Below, in pieces: positions 17,349 to 26,681 of a stretch of 64,000 nucleotides of DNA. The notes below the pieces were generated by a model. The model was not told where the DNA came from. It saw nothing but the letters and a program-made list of their open reading frames with translations, and did no database searches. The stretch's first letter is position 1. The number at the start of each line of letters is the position of its first letter. A program made the position numbers and the translations under genes. The stretch is from a candidate division TM6 bacterium GW2011_GWF2_38_10 (GTDB lineage Bacteria > Babelota > Babeliae > Babelales > RVW-14): assembly GCA_000992305.1 (NCBI GenBank), contig LBTY01000001.1, positions 848-64,847 of the forward strand, written 5' to 3'.

Positions 17349-17573
17349 ATGCGATTTGAATTTGATGCTGCGTGTCATCGTTTGCAGTATTTTTGGTTTG
17401 CGGGGTTTCCGCCGCATCTATGTTCAACGGGCATTGCTCAGCAGATGTGGTTATATCGCATGAATGATTATCACCCTATTTATGTTGTTGATACGATGGA
17501 GCAGTCGGCTGAGTATGATGCGGTGTTGATTGGGTGGGATGAGTTGCGTCAGGAGTTTGTTATTTTGAGTTAA
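17349..17573 (+). pseudogene. Orphan 3-prime fragment of a GT-C paralogue 3-type gene, containing direct repeat copy 2 at 17403-17542
   Basis: Encodes ...GFPPHLCSTGIAQQMWLYRMNDYHPIYVVDTMEQSAEYDAVLIGWDELRQEFVILS, matching the C-terminus of 12831-14261. Its tail WDELRQEFVILS resembles the tail of paralogue 1 (WDEQAQKFVIRD). Confidence 0.75.
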
Positions 17574-17621
17574 TAGTATATAGATGAAATAATTGACTAC
17601 TATATTAAAATATACTATATT
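17574..17621 (+). promoter_or_regulatory. Sigma70-type promoter with a flanking inverted repeat (candidate operator) for the toxin-antitoxin pair
   Basis: TTGACT (17593-17598), a 17-nt spacer, then TATATT (17616-17621). The inverted repeat tagtatat (17574-17581) / atatacta (17610-17617) brackets the -35 and overlaps the -10. An RBS aaggaggg follows at 17641. Confidence 0.55.
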
Positions 17622-17658
17622 AAATTGTAGTTCAATAGAAAAGGAGGGTTTTGTCTAT

Positions 17659-17979
17659 ATGAAAAAATGGACTTTAGAGTATTGGGTTGATAATTCAAGT
17701 AGAAGATCTGTTGAAAATTGGTTTTTGAAATTAACGCGAGAGCAATTTAAGTCGGTAGCTAAAGAGCTTAAATTACTTGAAACTTGCGGCAATGAGCTTA
17801 AGCTCCCTCATAGCAAAGCTCTTGGTCAAGGATTATTTGAATTGAGAGAGTATCGATATGGGTTTAGAATTTATTATGGGTTTTATGCAGATAAAATAAT
17901 AATTTTATTGAGTGCTGGTGATAAAACAAGCCAACAAAATGATATTAAAATAGCACGGATGCGATTATCAAAAATTTAA
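17659..17979 (+). CDS. Type II toxin, HigB/RelE superfamily (Gp49-like, DUF891)
   Basis: MKKWTLEYWVDNSSRRSVENWFLKL...LPHSKALGQGLFELREYRYGFRIYYGFYADKIIILLSAGDKTSQQNDIKIA fits the Gp49/HigB-like pattern. The ATG at 17659 follows the RBS. Confidence 0.7.
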   Translation: MKKWTLEYWVDNSSRRSVENWFLKLTREQFKSVAKELKLLETCGNELKLPHSKALGQGLFELREYRYGFRIYYGFYADKIIILLSAGDKTSQQNDIKIARMRLSKI

Positions 17980-17998
17980 AAAATAAGGGGTTATTGTT

Positions 17999-18331
17999 AT
18001 GAAATCAACAAAAACACGTATGTTTACAACAAAAAAATTTCAATCATTAGTAGAATCACGATTAACTAAGGCAGAAATTAAAGAAATAGATCAGCAAGTT
18101 GCTCTTGAGGCAAAGGTTTTAAAGTCGTTGCAAAATGATATTACGCTTGCCATGGACGATTATATGAAAGAAAAAAAAATAGGATTTAATGATATGGTAA
18201 AGCTTTTAGGCGTTAGTCCTGCACACATTGCTAAGATTAAGCGGAGTGATGCAAATTTAACACTTGCAAGTATTGCACGTCTTTTTGCTGTATTGGGGCA
18301 AGAAGCGCATTTGGTATTTAAAAAACGATAA
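17999..18331 (+). CDS. XRE-family HTH antitoxin (HigA-like)
   Basis: Lies 19 nt downstream of the toxin, with RBS aagggg. HTH segment: FNDMVKLLGVSPAHIAKIKRSDANLTLASIARLFAVLG. Confidence 0.65.
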   Translation: MKSTKTRMFTTKKFQSLVESRLTKAEIKEIDQQVALEAKVLKSLQNDITLAMDDYMKEKKIGFNDMVKLLGVSPAHIAKIKRSDANLTLASIARLFAVLGQEAHLVFKKR

Positions 18332-18500
18332 GTATTTATTTTTTGCGTTAATAAAAAATTTGCCGAGTTGATAGATTTTTGCTAGTTTATGTCAATGTGT
18401 ATTATGCTGCGTAAAAGCATCGTGCATGAGTTGTTGAAAACGTAAGTTTAACCCTTTAATTCAAAAAAACGCGTTATCGCGTTATCTCGAGGAAGATTTA

Positions 18501-20408
18501 ATGCAAAAAGAAAAAAAATTCTCCTCCATTCCAGTTCCTACTACCAGTGCTCTTTTGTTCGAAGATGAAAATCTTGCTATTGATGCTTCGTTGCAAAAAG
18601 AACTTGCTGAGTATTATGAAGAATTTGGGAGCAAGTTTCAAACTGGTAAAATTGTTACCGGCCGTGTAGTAAACAAAGACAGCAACGGTGTTTTGATTAG
18701 CATTGATTACAAATCTGATGGGCTTATTCCAAACTATGAATTTTCTGATTATGAGCTCAAAAAGATTGTTATTAATGAACCAATCGATGTTATTTTGGAT
18801 CGTCTTGAAGACAAAAATGGCATGGTGGTCTTGTCTTATCAAAAAGCAAAATCACTTAAAGCCTGGGACAAAATTGCAGAACTTGCTGAAAAAGATGAGC
18901 CAGTCACTGGTGTGGTTACTCACAAGGTTAAGGGTGGCTTGAGCGTTGACGTTGGTATTCCTGCGTTCTTGCCAGGATCTCAAGTTGATGTTCAACGTGT
19001 TACTGATTTTGATCAATTTGTAAATCAAGAAGTAACCTGCAAAATCCTTAAGATCAATAAAAAACGCGGCAATATCATTGTTTCTCGTCGTAAGTACATT
19101 GAAGAACAACGTACAGAAGACAAGAAAAAAGCATTGGAAACAATCCAAGACGGACAAATATTGCAGGGTGTGGTCAAAAATATCACCAGTTATGGTGTGT
19201 TTATTGACATTGGAGGCATCGATGGCTTGTTGCATATTACCGATATGTCATGGGGGCGCATTGCTCACCCAAGCGAATTGGTAAAAATTGGACAAACAAT
19301 TCCTGTAAAAGTTATCGCATTTGATAAGGCTCATGAAAAAATATCTCTTGGCATGAAGCAATTGAGCTCCAATCCTTGGGAAAATGTTGATACAAAATAT
19401 CCTGTCAATTCAAAAGTTTCTGGACGTATTTCAAGCATTACCGATTACGGCCTTTTTGTTGAAGTAGAAAAAGGTGTTGAAGGCTTGGTACATATTTCAG
19501 AAATTTCTTGGACAGAACGTATCAGCCATTTGGCAAAGCATTTTTCAGTAGGTCAAACAATCGAAGCGCTCGTTGTAGCCTTGGATAAAGACAACCGTAG
19601 AATGTCATTGAGTATCAAACAAATGACTGAAGATCCATGGAAAGCAGTTGCTGAAAAATTCAAGATCGGCGATAAGATTTCTGGTAAAATTACCAACATT
19701 ACCGATTTTGGTCTTTTTGTTCAATTGCTTGATGGTGTTGATGGTCTTGTTCATATTTCAGATCTTTCATGGACTGATCATATTGCTCATCCAAGCGATA
19801 AGTTCAAAAAAGGTGACGTTGTTGAAGCCGTGGTTCTTGCTATCGATATTGAAAACCGTAAGGTTTCTCTTGGTATTAAGCAACTTGAAAATGATCCATG
19901 GGCAAACGTTGCAACAGAATATGCATTGGGTTCAGTGGTTGAAGGCACAGTTTCTAAGATTACCAGCTTTGGTGCATTTGTTAAATTGCAAACAGGTATT
20001 GAAGGCCTTGTTCATATCTCCGAGTTATCAAACAGCGATGTTTCAAAAGTAGAAGATATGCTTAAGGTTGGTCAAGTTGAGAAGTTTAAGGTTATCAAGG
20101 TAAGTTCTGAAGATCGTAAGCTTGGTTTGAGTTTGCGTGCATTGCGTGAACCAAAACCAGAAACTGCCGAAAAACCTGCAGAACAACAACATCAAGAAAG
20201 ATCTCAACAAGCCGCACCTGAACGTGAGCATCGTGCACCTCGTCAACAACAGCCACGACAAGAACAACATCGTGAACGTTCTCATGCAAAACCAAAAGAA
20301 CAACAACATGCTCATGCTTCACAGCAATCTCAACCTAAAGGAACCTTGCAACAGGCCCTTGAAGAACACGCTGCTAAGCTTAAGCAAATGCAAAACGACG
20401 AAAAATAA
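18501..20408 (+). CDS. rpsA: 30S ribosomal protein S1 with a low-complexity Q/E/R/H-rich C-terminal extension
   Basis: Six S1-domain repeats, with recurring G.V..I..(F/Y)G.FV.....GL.H.S(E/D). RBS gaggaag. Confidence 0.9.
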   Translation: MQKEKKFSSIPVPTTSALLFEDENLAIDASLQKELAEYYEEFGSKFQTGKIVTGRVVNKDSNGVLISIDYKSDGLIPNYEFSDYELKKIVINEPIDVILDRLEDKNGMVVLSYQKAKSLKAWDKIAELAEKDEPVTGVVTHKVKGGLSVDVGIPAFLPGSQVDVQRVTDFDQFVNQEVTCKILKINKKRGNIIVSRRKYIEEQRTEDKKKALETIQDGQILQGVVKNITSYGVFIDIGGIDGLLHITDMSWGRIAHPSELVKIGQTIPVKVIAFDKAHEKISLGMKQLSSNPWENVDTKYPVNSKVSGRISSITDYGLFVEVEKGVEGLVHISEISWTERISHLAKHFSVGQTIEALVVALDKDNRRMSLSIKQMTEDPWKAVAEKFKIGDKISGKITNITDFGLFVQLLDGVDGLVHISDLSWTDHIAHPSDKFKKGDVVEAVVLAIDIENRKVSLGIKQLENDPWANVATEYALGSVVEGTVSKITSFGAFVKLQTGIEGLVHISELSNSDVSKVEDMLKVGQVEKFKVIKVSSEDRKLGLSLRALREPKPETAEKPAEQQHQERSQQAAPEREHRAPRQQQPRQEQHRERSHAKPKEQQHAHASQQSQPKGTLQQALEEHAAKLKQMQNDEK

Positions 20409-20426
20409 GTTGTTATTGTGATTTTT

Positions 20427-20458
20427 TATGGATCCCAGATTATTGTTTGGGATCCATA
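20427..20458 (+). terminator. Perfect 11-bp hairpin after rpsA (possible terminator or attenuator, no strong T run)
   Basis: tatggatccca (20427-20437), a 10-nt loop, then tgggatccata (20448-20458). Confidence 0.4.
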
Positions 20459-20513
20459 ATGATTCTTGGGTTATTGCTAAAAACTACGGTAGCTTAGATT
20501 AAAAGGAATTATC

Positions 20514-20924
20514 ATGCTTGAAAGAACGTTTGCAATTATAAAGCCAGATGCTGTTAAATCAAAGTTTACTGGTCAAATTATTGATCGTATCGAAAAAGAA
20601 GGGTTTTCTATTGTTGGTCTTAAAAAGCATCATTTGAGCCAGCAAGAAGCTGAAGCTTTTTATGCGGTACATAAAGACCGTCCTTTTTATGGCGAACTTA
20701 CACAATTTATGTGCTCTGGTCCTGTCGTTGTTATGGTTTTGGAAAAAGAAAATGCTATTAAGGCATGGCGTGAATTAATGGGCGCCACAGATCCAGAACA
20801 AGCAGCAGCAAACACCATCAGAAAATTATTTGCAAAAAACAAAGGTGAAAATGCCGTTCATGGTTCAGATGCACCAGAAACTGCGCGAGAAGAAATTCGC
20901 TTTTTCTTTTCTGATTTAGCGTAA
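20514..20924 (+). CDS. ndk: Nucleoside diphosphate kinase
   Basis: [38 protein letters not shown] aaagga. Confidence 0.95.
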   Translation: MLERTFAIIKPDAVKSKFTGQIIDRIEKEGFSIVGLKKHHLSQQEAEAFYAVHKDRPFYGELTQFMCSGPVVVMVLEKENAIKAWRELMGATDPEQAAANTIRKLFAKNKGENAVHGSDAPETAREEIRFFFSDLA

Positions 20925-20946
20925 TTTTTTTAAACAAAATAGTTTA

Positions 20947-20978
20947 ATACCCGATAATGTTTTTCATTATCGGGTATT
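20947..20978. terminator. Bidirectional hairpin terminator between the convergent ndk and glyA genes
   Basis: atacccgataatg, loop, cattatcgggtat, followed by tttttt. An A-rich run lies upstream, which serves the opposite strand. Confidence 0.7.
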
Positions 20979-20985
20979 TTTTATA

Positions 20986-22212
20986 TTAGCAAGGGATTGG
21001 AAATTGAGAGGCCCATTGTATAATGTGTTTTTGAGTTTTTTGCAGGTATGTTTGATCGGTTCTGTGTACAATAATGTCATTGATAAGTGATGTAAGTTCT
21101 TGTATTTCTTTTTCTTTAAATCCTCGTGTTGTCATTGCTGGTGTTCCAATACGCATCCCGCTTGTTATCATTGGAGATTGTGTATCGCCTGGGACGGTGT
21201 TGCGATTGATAATAATATTGCATTGTCCTAAAACTTCCTCTGCAAGTTTTCCTGTTACATCGTTAAATTTGCTGCGCAAATCAACTAAGAAAAGGTGTGT
21301 ATCAGTGCCGCCCGAAACTATTTTATACCCCATATCTTTAAAGGCATGAGCCATGGCTTGGGCATTTTTTATAACCTGTTGTTGGTAGGTGATAAATGAT
21401 GGCGATTGAGCTTCTTCAAACGCTATGGCCTTGGCTGCTATAATATGCATGAGTGGGCCGCCCTGTGTACCAGGAATAATGGCGCGGTCAATTGACTTTG
21501 CATGGGGATTTTTGCTACAGATTACACCTCCGCGTGGCCCGCGTAATGTTTTGTGCGTTGTGCTTGTGACGATATCTGCGTATTCAAAAGGACTAGGTAT
21601 GAGTTTGGCGGCGATGAGTCCTGCAATGTGTGCCATGTCAACAAGCAAAATACTTTTTGTTTGTTGTGCTATTGCTGCAAGCTTTTCATAGTCAATGAGG
21701 CGAGCGTAGGCCGATGCGCCGGCAATAATCATTTTGGGCTGATGCTCTTGCGCTAGTTTTTCTATTTCGTCATAATCAAGACATTCAGTATCAGGATTAA
21801 CGCCGTATGAAATTGCCTTAAACATTGTTCCAGAAAAATTAAGGGGATATCCGTGGGTAAGGTGTCCCCCCGCGCTTAATTGCATTCCAAGAATGGTATC
21901 TCCTGGCTTTAGCAAGCTAAAGTAGGCCGCAAAATTTGCAGAAGAACCTGAATGGGGTTGAACATTCATATGTTCGCAGCCAAATAATTTTTTTCCTTGT
22001 TCTATGGCGTACGATTCAACTTCATCAATAATAGAACACCCACCGTAGTAGCGGCGGCCTGGATATCCTTCGGCATATTTATTGGTAAGGATAGAACCAG
22101 CTGCGGACAATATATTTTTGCTGGCATAGTTTTCTGAGGCTATTAAATTAATACATTCGGTTTGTCGCTGTTGTTCTCGTGCTATCATCGAAAAAATAGG
22201 CGATGTTGTCAT
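20986..22212 (-). CDS. glyA: Serine hydroxymethyltransferase
   Basis: [33 protein letters not shown] prefer the ATG at 22212 (MTTSPIF), preceded by agaaagg, over the track start at 22266. Confidence 0.93.
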   Translation of the reverse strand: MTTSPIFSMIAREQQRQTECINLIASENYASKNILSAAGSILTNKYAEGYPGRRYYGGCSIIDEVESYAIEQGKKLFGCEHMNVQPHSGSSANFAAYFSLLKPGDTILGMQLSAGGHLTHGYPLNFSGTMFKAISYGVNPDTECLDYDEIEKLAQEHQPKMIIAGASAYARLIDYEKLAAIAQQTKSILLVDMAHIAGLIAAKLIPSPFEYADIVTSTTHKTLRGPRGGVICSKNPHAKSIDRAIIPGTQGGPLMHIIAAKAIAFEEAQSPSFITYQQQVIKNAQAMAHAFKDMGYKIVSGGTDTHLFLVDLRSKFNDVTGKLAEEVLGQCNIIINRNTVPGDTQSPMITSGMRIGTPAMTTRGFKEKEIQELTSLINDIIVHRTDQTYLQKTQKHIIQWASQFPIPC

Positions 22213-22338
22213 GAATAACCTTTCTTGTTTGAATAGTGTTATTTGATCTTGTGCATATGGTAGCATCTTTTTTAAACTTTGTTACACTGTTTTTTATACT
22301 GTTTTTTTGGGTTTCTATTAAAAAGAGGATTGGGTGCG

Positions 22339-23985
22339 ATGGATATGTTTAAAAAAATTTGTACTCTTGTGTTTTTGGGAATGATAGGTATTGGAGGTTA
22401 TGTTTTTTATGGGTTGTATGCACAACGGCATGCATTGCAGCAGTATCAGCAGGTTGTTGATATGAAAAAACATGCTGAGCATAAAGATTCTAATCAGGTT
22501 GTTTCAGCAAATAATGGAAATGGGGTTTTAATTTCAGGTAAGAGTGTTGCAACATCAACGTGGTTAGAGGTTCAAAAAAAAGTTAAAGATACTGTTGTCC
22601 AGGTCTTTGCTCAAATTTGTGAATTTAATTGGTTAGAGCCTTATAAAACGCCTGAACAGGGCGAGGGGCGAGGTAGTGGTTTTTTTATTAATGCTGACGG
22701 TGATTTGATTACCAATTATCATGTGGTGGCGCAGGCTAGTAGCGTGCAAATTCAGATTCCATCATTTGGGCACGAGCAATTTGATGTTGAAATTGTGGGG
22801 GTAAGCCCAGAGCGAGATATTGCATTATTGAGGCTTACCGATGAGTCGCGAGAAAAAATTGTGCGTAAATTAGGAAGTGTGCCATTTTTAGAGCTTGGTG
22901 ATTCTGATGAAATTTTACGTTCGCAAGAGGTGTTAGCGCTGGGTTATCCATTGGGGCAAACACGTTTAAAGAGTACGCTTGGTATTGTGAGTGGTCGTGA
23001 GCGCCTGGGGATTTTTGGATATATTCAGATTACAGCTCCTTTAAATCCTGGCAACTCTGGAGGTCCTGCTTTAAATAGCCATGGTGAAGTTATTGGTATT
23101 AATGCACGTGGCATTCTGGAAGCCCAAAATGTTGGGTATATTATTCCAATTGACGAAGTTAAAAATGCATTGCAGGACCTATATAAAGTTACGTTGTTGC
23201 GGCGTCCAACGCTTGGGTGTTTATTTACTATTGCTTCTCCAGAATTAGTTTCATATTTGGAAAACCCTGGCGAAGGTGGATGGTATATTGCAAAAGTATT
23301 TGATAACACATTGCTTAAAAGTGTTGGGATTCAAGAAAATGATATGCTTTATGAAATTAATGGGTATAGGGTTGATATTTACGGAGATTTAAACGTTCCA
23401 TGGAGTGAAGATAAAGTTAATCTGCTTGAGGTACTCAATCGCCTTAAGGTTGGCGAAGATGTAACATTGCTTGTGTATCGCAAGGGGCAACCAAAGGTGT
23501 TTACGTTTAAATTGGAGCATACCTATTTACCTAAAGTAAGAATTATTTACAGTGAATTTGAGCCAGAAGCAAAGGATTATGAAGTTATTGGCGGCATGGT
23601 GATTATGCAGCTTGCGCTTAATCACGTTGCGCCGCTGATGCAGCGTTCACCCGAGCGAGCTTCTGATTTATCTCGTTATGCCAAAATTGAAAAACAGCAA
23701 GAGCCTGCTTTAGTTCTTACGCATATTTTGCCAAATTCTCAAGCATACAAAGCACAAATTTTACAGCCGGGTGAGCTTATTGAATGTGTTAATGATATAC
23801 CTGTAAAAACATTGGATGAGTTTCGTAATGCGGTGAAAAAAAGTAAAACTACTCGTTTTTTAACCATAAAAACAGAAAGTAAGTTTTATTGTGTATTGTC
23901 AGTTGATAAAATTGTAAAAGATGAAGACATGCTTGCACGTCGCTTCTTTTTTAGGCCATCAAAATTGATTGAAGAAATTGCATGA
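22339..23985 (+). CDS. HtrA/DegP-family (S1C) serine protease with an N-terminal membrane anchor, paralogue 1
   Basis: Catalytic triad context: TNYHVV, DIALLRL, GNSGGPAL. PDZ-like C-terminal region. Start MDMFKK is preceded by aagagga. Confidence 0.8.
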   Translation: MDMFKKICTLVFLGMIGIGGYVFYGLYAQRHALQQYQQVVDMKKHAEHKDSNQVVSANNGNGVLISGKSVATSTWLEVQKKVKDTVVQVFAQICEFNWLEPYKTPEQGEGRGSGFFINADGDLITNYHVVAQASSVQIQIPSFGHEQFDVEIVGVSPERDIALLRLTDESREKIVRKLGSVPFLELGDSDEILRSQEVLALGYPLGQTRLKSTLGIVSGRERLGIFGYIQITAPLNPGNSGGPALNSHGEVIGINARGILEAQNVGYIIPIDEVKNALQDLYKVTLLRRPTLGCLFTIASPELVSYLENPGEGGWYIAKVFDNTLLKSVGIQENDMLYEINGYRVDIYGDLNVPWSEDKVNLLEVLNRLKVGEDVTLLVYRKGQPKVFTFKLEHTYLPKVRIIYSEFEPEAKDYEVIGGMVIMQLALNHVAPLMQRSPERASDLSRYAKIEKQQEPALVLTHILPNSQAYKAQILQPGELIECVNDIPVKTLDEFRNAVKKSKTTRFLTIKTESKFYCVLSVDKIVKDEDMLARRFFFRPSKLIEEIA

Positions 23986-24746
23986 AAATTAAACGTCGAT
24001 TAGATCAGGTTTTAGCAGAATTATATCCAGACCTTTCTCGTACACTTTTGCAAAGTTTTATTATGCAGGGCAAGGTTACGGTCAATGGAAAGGTGCAAAC
24101 AAAAGCGGGTACTCCCATAACGCCTGAGGATGAGGTTATTTTAACGCATCAAGAACCTAAATATGTTAGTCGCGGCGGCTTCAAGCTTGAAGCCGCTTTG
24201 GATCATTTTCAGGTTAATCCTGAAGGACTTGTTGCTATGGATGCTGGTATCTCAACAGGTGGTTTTACTCATTGCTTGTTACAGCGTGGGATTAAAAAAG
24301 TGTATGGGATAGATGTTGGTTTTGGGCAGGTTCATGAAAAGGTGCGTCAAGATTCGCGCGTTGTTGTGCTCGAAAAAGTTAATCTTCGTCACCTTGATTA
24401 TCTTCCCGAATTAGTTGATCTTGTTACGCTTGATTTGTCATTTATTTCATTACTCAAGGTTATGGATGCAATTAAAAAAATTACTCAATCGCATGCAACT
24501 ATTTTGGCTCTTATAAAACCTCAATTTGAAGCAGAGCGAGAAGATATTCGTCGTGGAGGTCTTGTAAAAGATGATGCTGTGCATCAGCGGGTTATAAAAA
24601 AAGTTATTGATGGCATGGCAGAACATGGTTTTGTATGCAAAGGGGTTATCGATTCACCGATTTTAGGAGCCGCTTCAGGTAATAAAGAATTTTTAGGGTG
24701 TTTTGTTCGGCGTGCCAATACCGCTGAAGTTTCTGTTTATGATTAA
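23982..24746 (+). CDS. tlyA: TlyA-family rRNA 2-prime-O-methyltransferase / hemolysin A
   Basis: S4-like N-terminus (RLDQVLAE...SRTLLQSFIMQGKVTVNG). SRGGFKLEAAL, DAGISTGGFTHCLLQRG, GIDVGFGQ. ATGA overlap with the upstream gene. Confidence 0.88.
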   Translation: MKIKRRLDQVLAELYPDLSRTLLQSFIMQGKVTVNGKVQTKAGTPITPEDEVILTHQEPKYVSRGGFKLEAALDHFQVNPEGLVAMDAGISTGGFTHCLLQRGIKKVYGIDVGFGQVHEKVRQDSRVVVLEKVNLRHLDYLPELVDLVTLDLSFISLLKVMDAIKKITQSHATILALIKPQFEAEREDIRRGGLVKDDAVHQRVIKKVIDGMAEHGFVCKGVIDSPILGAASGNKEFLGCFVRRANTAEVSVYD

Positions 24747-24855
24747 TTATACGATTAATTAGTTGTATATTATTGACTAATAAAAATATTTTATGCAACA
24801 CTAAGGTGTAGTATAATGGTTTTTATATGAAGGTTTTGGGGGAATGGAGGTTATA

Positions 24856-26505
24856 ATGGTTATGCGATTGTTATTGTTGTTGTTATGTGTAAGCTGCGGC
24901 TTTGTGTATGCTGATAATCCGAATGATCCTGTTCGATCTGCATCATTAAACATTCAGGTGGAGCGTTCGGCTGCTCAAGCTCCAAATTATACTTATCCTT
25001 CGTTGATTGATTGGACTGTTACTTGTTTGCGTTCATATGATGAGCAACATGAGCCATCATATTTTAGATCTGAAACAGTTTTTCCCTATCTTGAGTTTGT
25101 TCGTGTTTTTCGTGATTATAAAAAGAAAATGGAGCGAAAAGGGATTTTAAACAAAGAAATCTGGACTGTAGTTGATCGCAAAACGGCAGCAGCTTCACAG
25201 GATTTTATGCATCCCTATGCTACTGTTTTAGATATGGATGATGGCAATAAAGTTTGTTTTATGGGTGATTTGCACGGAAGTTTACATTCATTATTAAGAA
25301 ACTTGTGGAGACTTGTATCACTTGGTTATTTAAATGATCAGTTTAAAATAATAAAAAAAGATTTTTATATGGTTTTTACAGGCGATTATGTTGATCGTGG
25401 TCGCTATGGTATTGAGGTTTTGTATACACTGTTACGTTTAAAATGTGCTAATTGGGGACGCGTTCATCTTATTCGTGGTAATCATGAAATGATTGAAATT
25501 AACAAAAGAGATGGATTGTATGAGGAATTGACGCAAAAGTATGGAGAAAATAAGGCAGAACAATGTATGGGGTTATTGTCTATAGTGTATGATACTATGC
25601 CCTTGGCTGTTTATATTGTTGTTCATAAACAAATTATTAAGGCGGTGCATGGTGGTTTTGCACCATATGACTACTACTTTGATGTTAATCGTTTTATAGA
25701 AACGAGTGTAAAAATTAGAAATGATAAAGCTGAATCCTTAGTTCAAAAGCGTTATTTTTATATACCTCTTGTAGGTGAGGAAATTTCTGCCCCTGGATAT
25801 CAGTGGTGTGATTTTGAGCCGCTTTTTGAACAAGCCCTTACGGATGCTGCAATTTTTCCAACATCTGGGCGTGTTTGGCATATTGGTGGGGCATCGGTTC
25901 CTGAATTGCTTAGAAAAGCAGGATTGAGCCTTATGATTAGGGGACACCAGCATGCTTGTTTTGGCTTAAAAGTTTTAGGCGCGGCAGATACTTCATTGGT
26001 GAATATTGACCAAGCTTTTGTTGATCCAAATAGTGGGCAAATACATTGGGTTGCTGCATTGTTTTATGTTGGTTCAGAGGCGGCATTTGATCAGCATAAT
26101 AAACATAATGGATTCCAGGTATCTACAATGATTCCTGTTTTAACTTTTTCATCAGCGGTAGAGGGTGTTGGATTAAATTATGATTGTTTTGGTATTTTGA
26201 CGCTCGATGGGATGTTCGAAACATGGAGACTTAAAGTCTATGAATTTCCTGTTTCATTTATTTCAAAATTAAGAATAATTAATTCGTTGCCGCAACCGTT
26301 TACACTCATAAAACCAGGCAATATGGCTGACAGATTACAGCGTTTTAGATCTACCTCTGGTATGGAAGATTCAGTCTTTATAAAGTTTTTACCAAAAGAA
26401 CGAGCGATGGCGGTTGATGAGTCAACGATGCGAGAATGGTTGCAAGAGATCGTTAATGTGTCTGCCGGTAATGGTCAATCAGCATCTCAAAACATAGCTG
26501 AGTAA
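24856..26505 (+). CDS. Exported PPP-family (eukaryote-type) Ser/Thr phosphatase-like protein, tandem copy 1
   Basis: Signal peptide MVMRLLLLLLCVSCGFVYA. Motifs GDLHGSLHS, GDYVDRGRYGIEVLYTLLRLK, RGNHE, VHGGFAP, RGHQH, FSSAVEGVG. The start at 24856 follows ATGGAGG. Confidence 0.8.
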   Translation: MVMRLLLLLLCVSCGFVYADNPNDPVRSASLNIQVERSAAQAPNYTYPSLIDWTVTCLRSYDEQHEPSYFRSETVFPYLEFVRVFRDYKKKMERKGILNKEIWTVVDRKTAAASQDFMHPYATVLDMDDGNKVCFMGDLHGSLHSLLRNLWRLVSLGYLNDQFKIIKKDFYMVFTGDYVDRGRYGIEVLYTLLRLKCANWGRVHLIRGNHEMIEINKRDGLYEELTQKYGENKAEQCMGLLSIVYDTMPLAVYIVVHKQIIKAVHGGFAPYDYYFDVNRFIETSVKIRNDKAESLVQKRYFYIPLVGEEISAPGYQWCDFEPLFEQALTDAAIFPTSGRVWHIGGASVPELLRKAGLSLMIRGHQHACFGLKVLGAADTSLVNIDQAFVDPNSGQIHWVAALFYVGSEAAFDQHNKHNGFQVSTMIPVLTFSSAVEGVGLNYDCFGILTLDGMFETWRLKVYEFPVSFISKLRIINSLPQPFTLIKPGNMADRLQRFRSTSGMEDSVFIKFLPKERAMAVDESTMREWLQEIVNVSAGNGQSASQNIAE

Positions 26506-26534
26506 AAATTATTCATTAAAAATATTGCATTGTG

Positions 26535-26570
26535 AAAAGTCCCTTGATGTGATATCAGGGGACTTTTTTT
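26535..26570 (+). terminator. Rho-independent terminator after phosphatase copy 1
   Basis: aaaagtcccttgat, loop, atcaggggac, followed by ttttttt. Confidence 0.6.
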
Positions 26571-26681
26571 GAATGAACAAAAGATATGTCGATAAATTAT
26601 TGACCAATAGAAATATTATATGTCATGATAATAGGTAGTAAGATTTTTTTTAATGTGTTTCTTAGGAGAATGGAGGTTTTT

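Noticed and set aside
18498-19235. Minus-strand ORFs 18498-18842 and 18852-19235 opposite rpsA
   Set aside because: They are antisense to a strongly supported S1 coding frame and have no motifs.
24747-24855. Promoters upstream of phosphatase copies 1 and 2 (a shared aTTGACyAATAgAAATATT element at about 24772 and about 26600)
   Set aside because: The shared TTGAC(T/C) is real, but I could not find a -10 hexamer at acceptable spacing. I therefore do not report it as a promoter. It may simply reflect the duplication.
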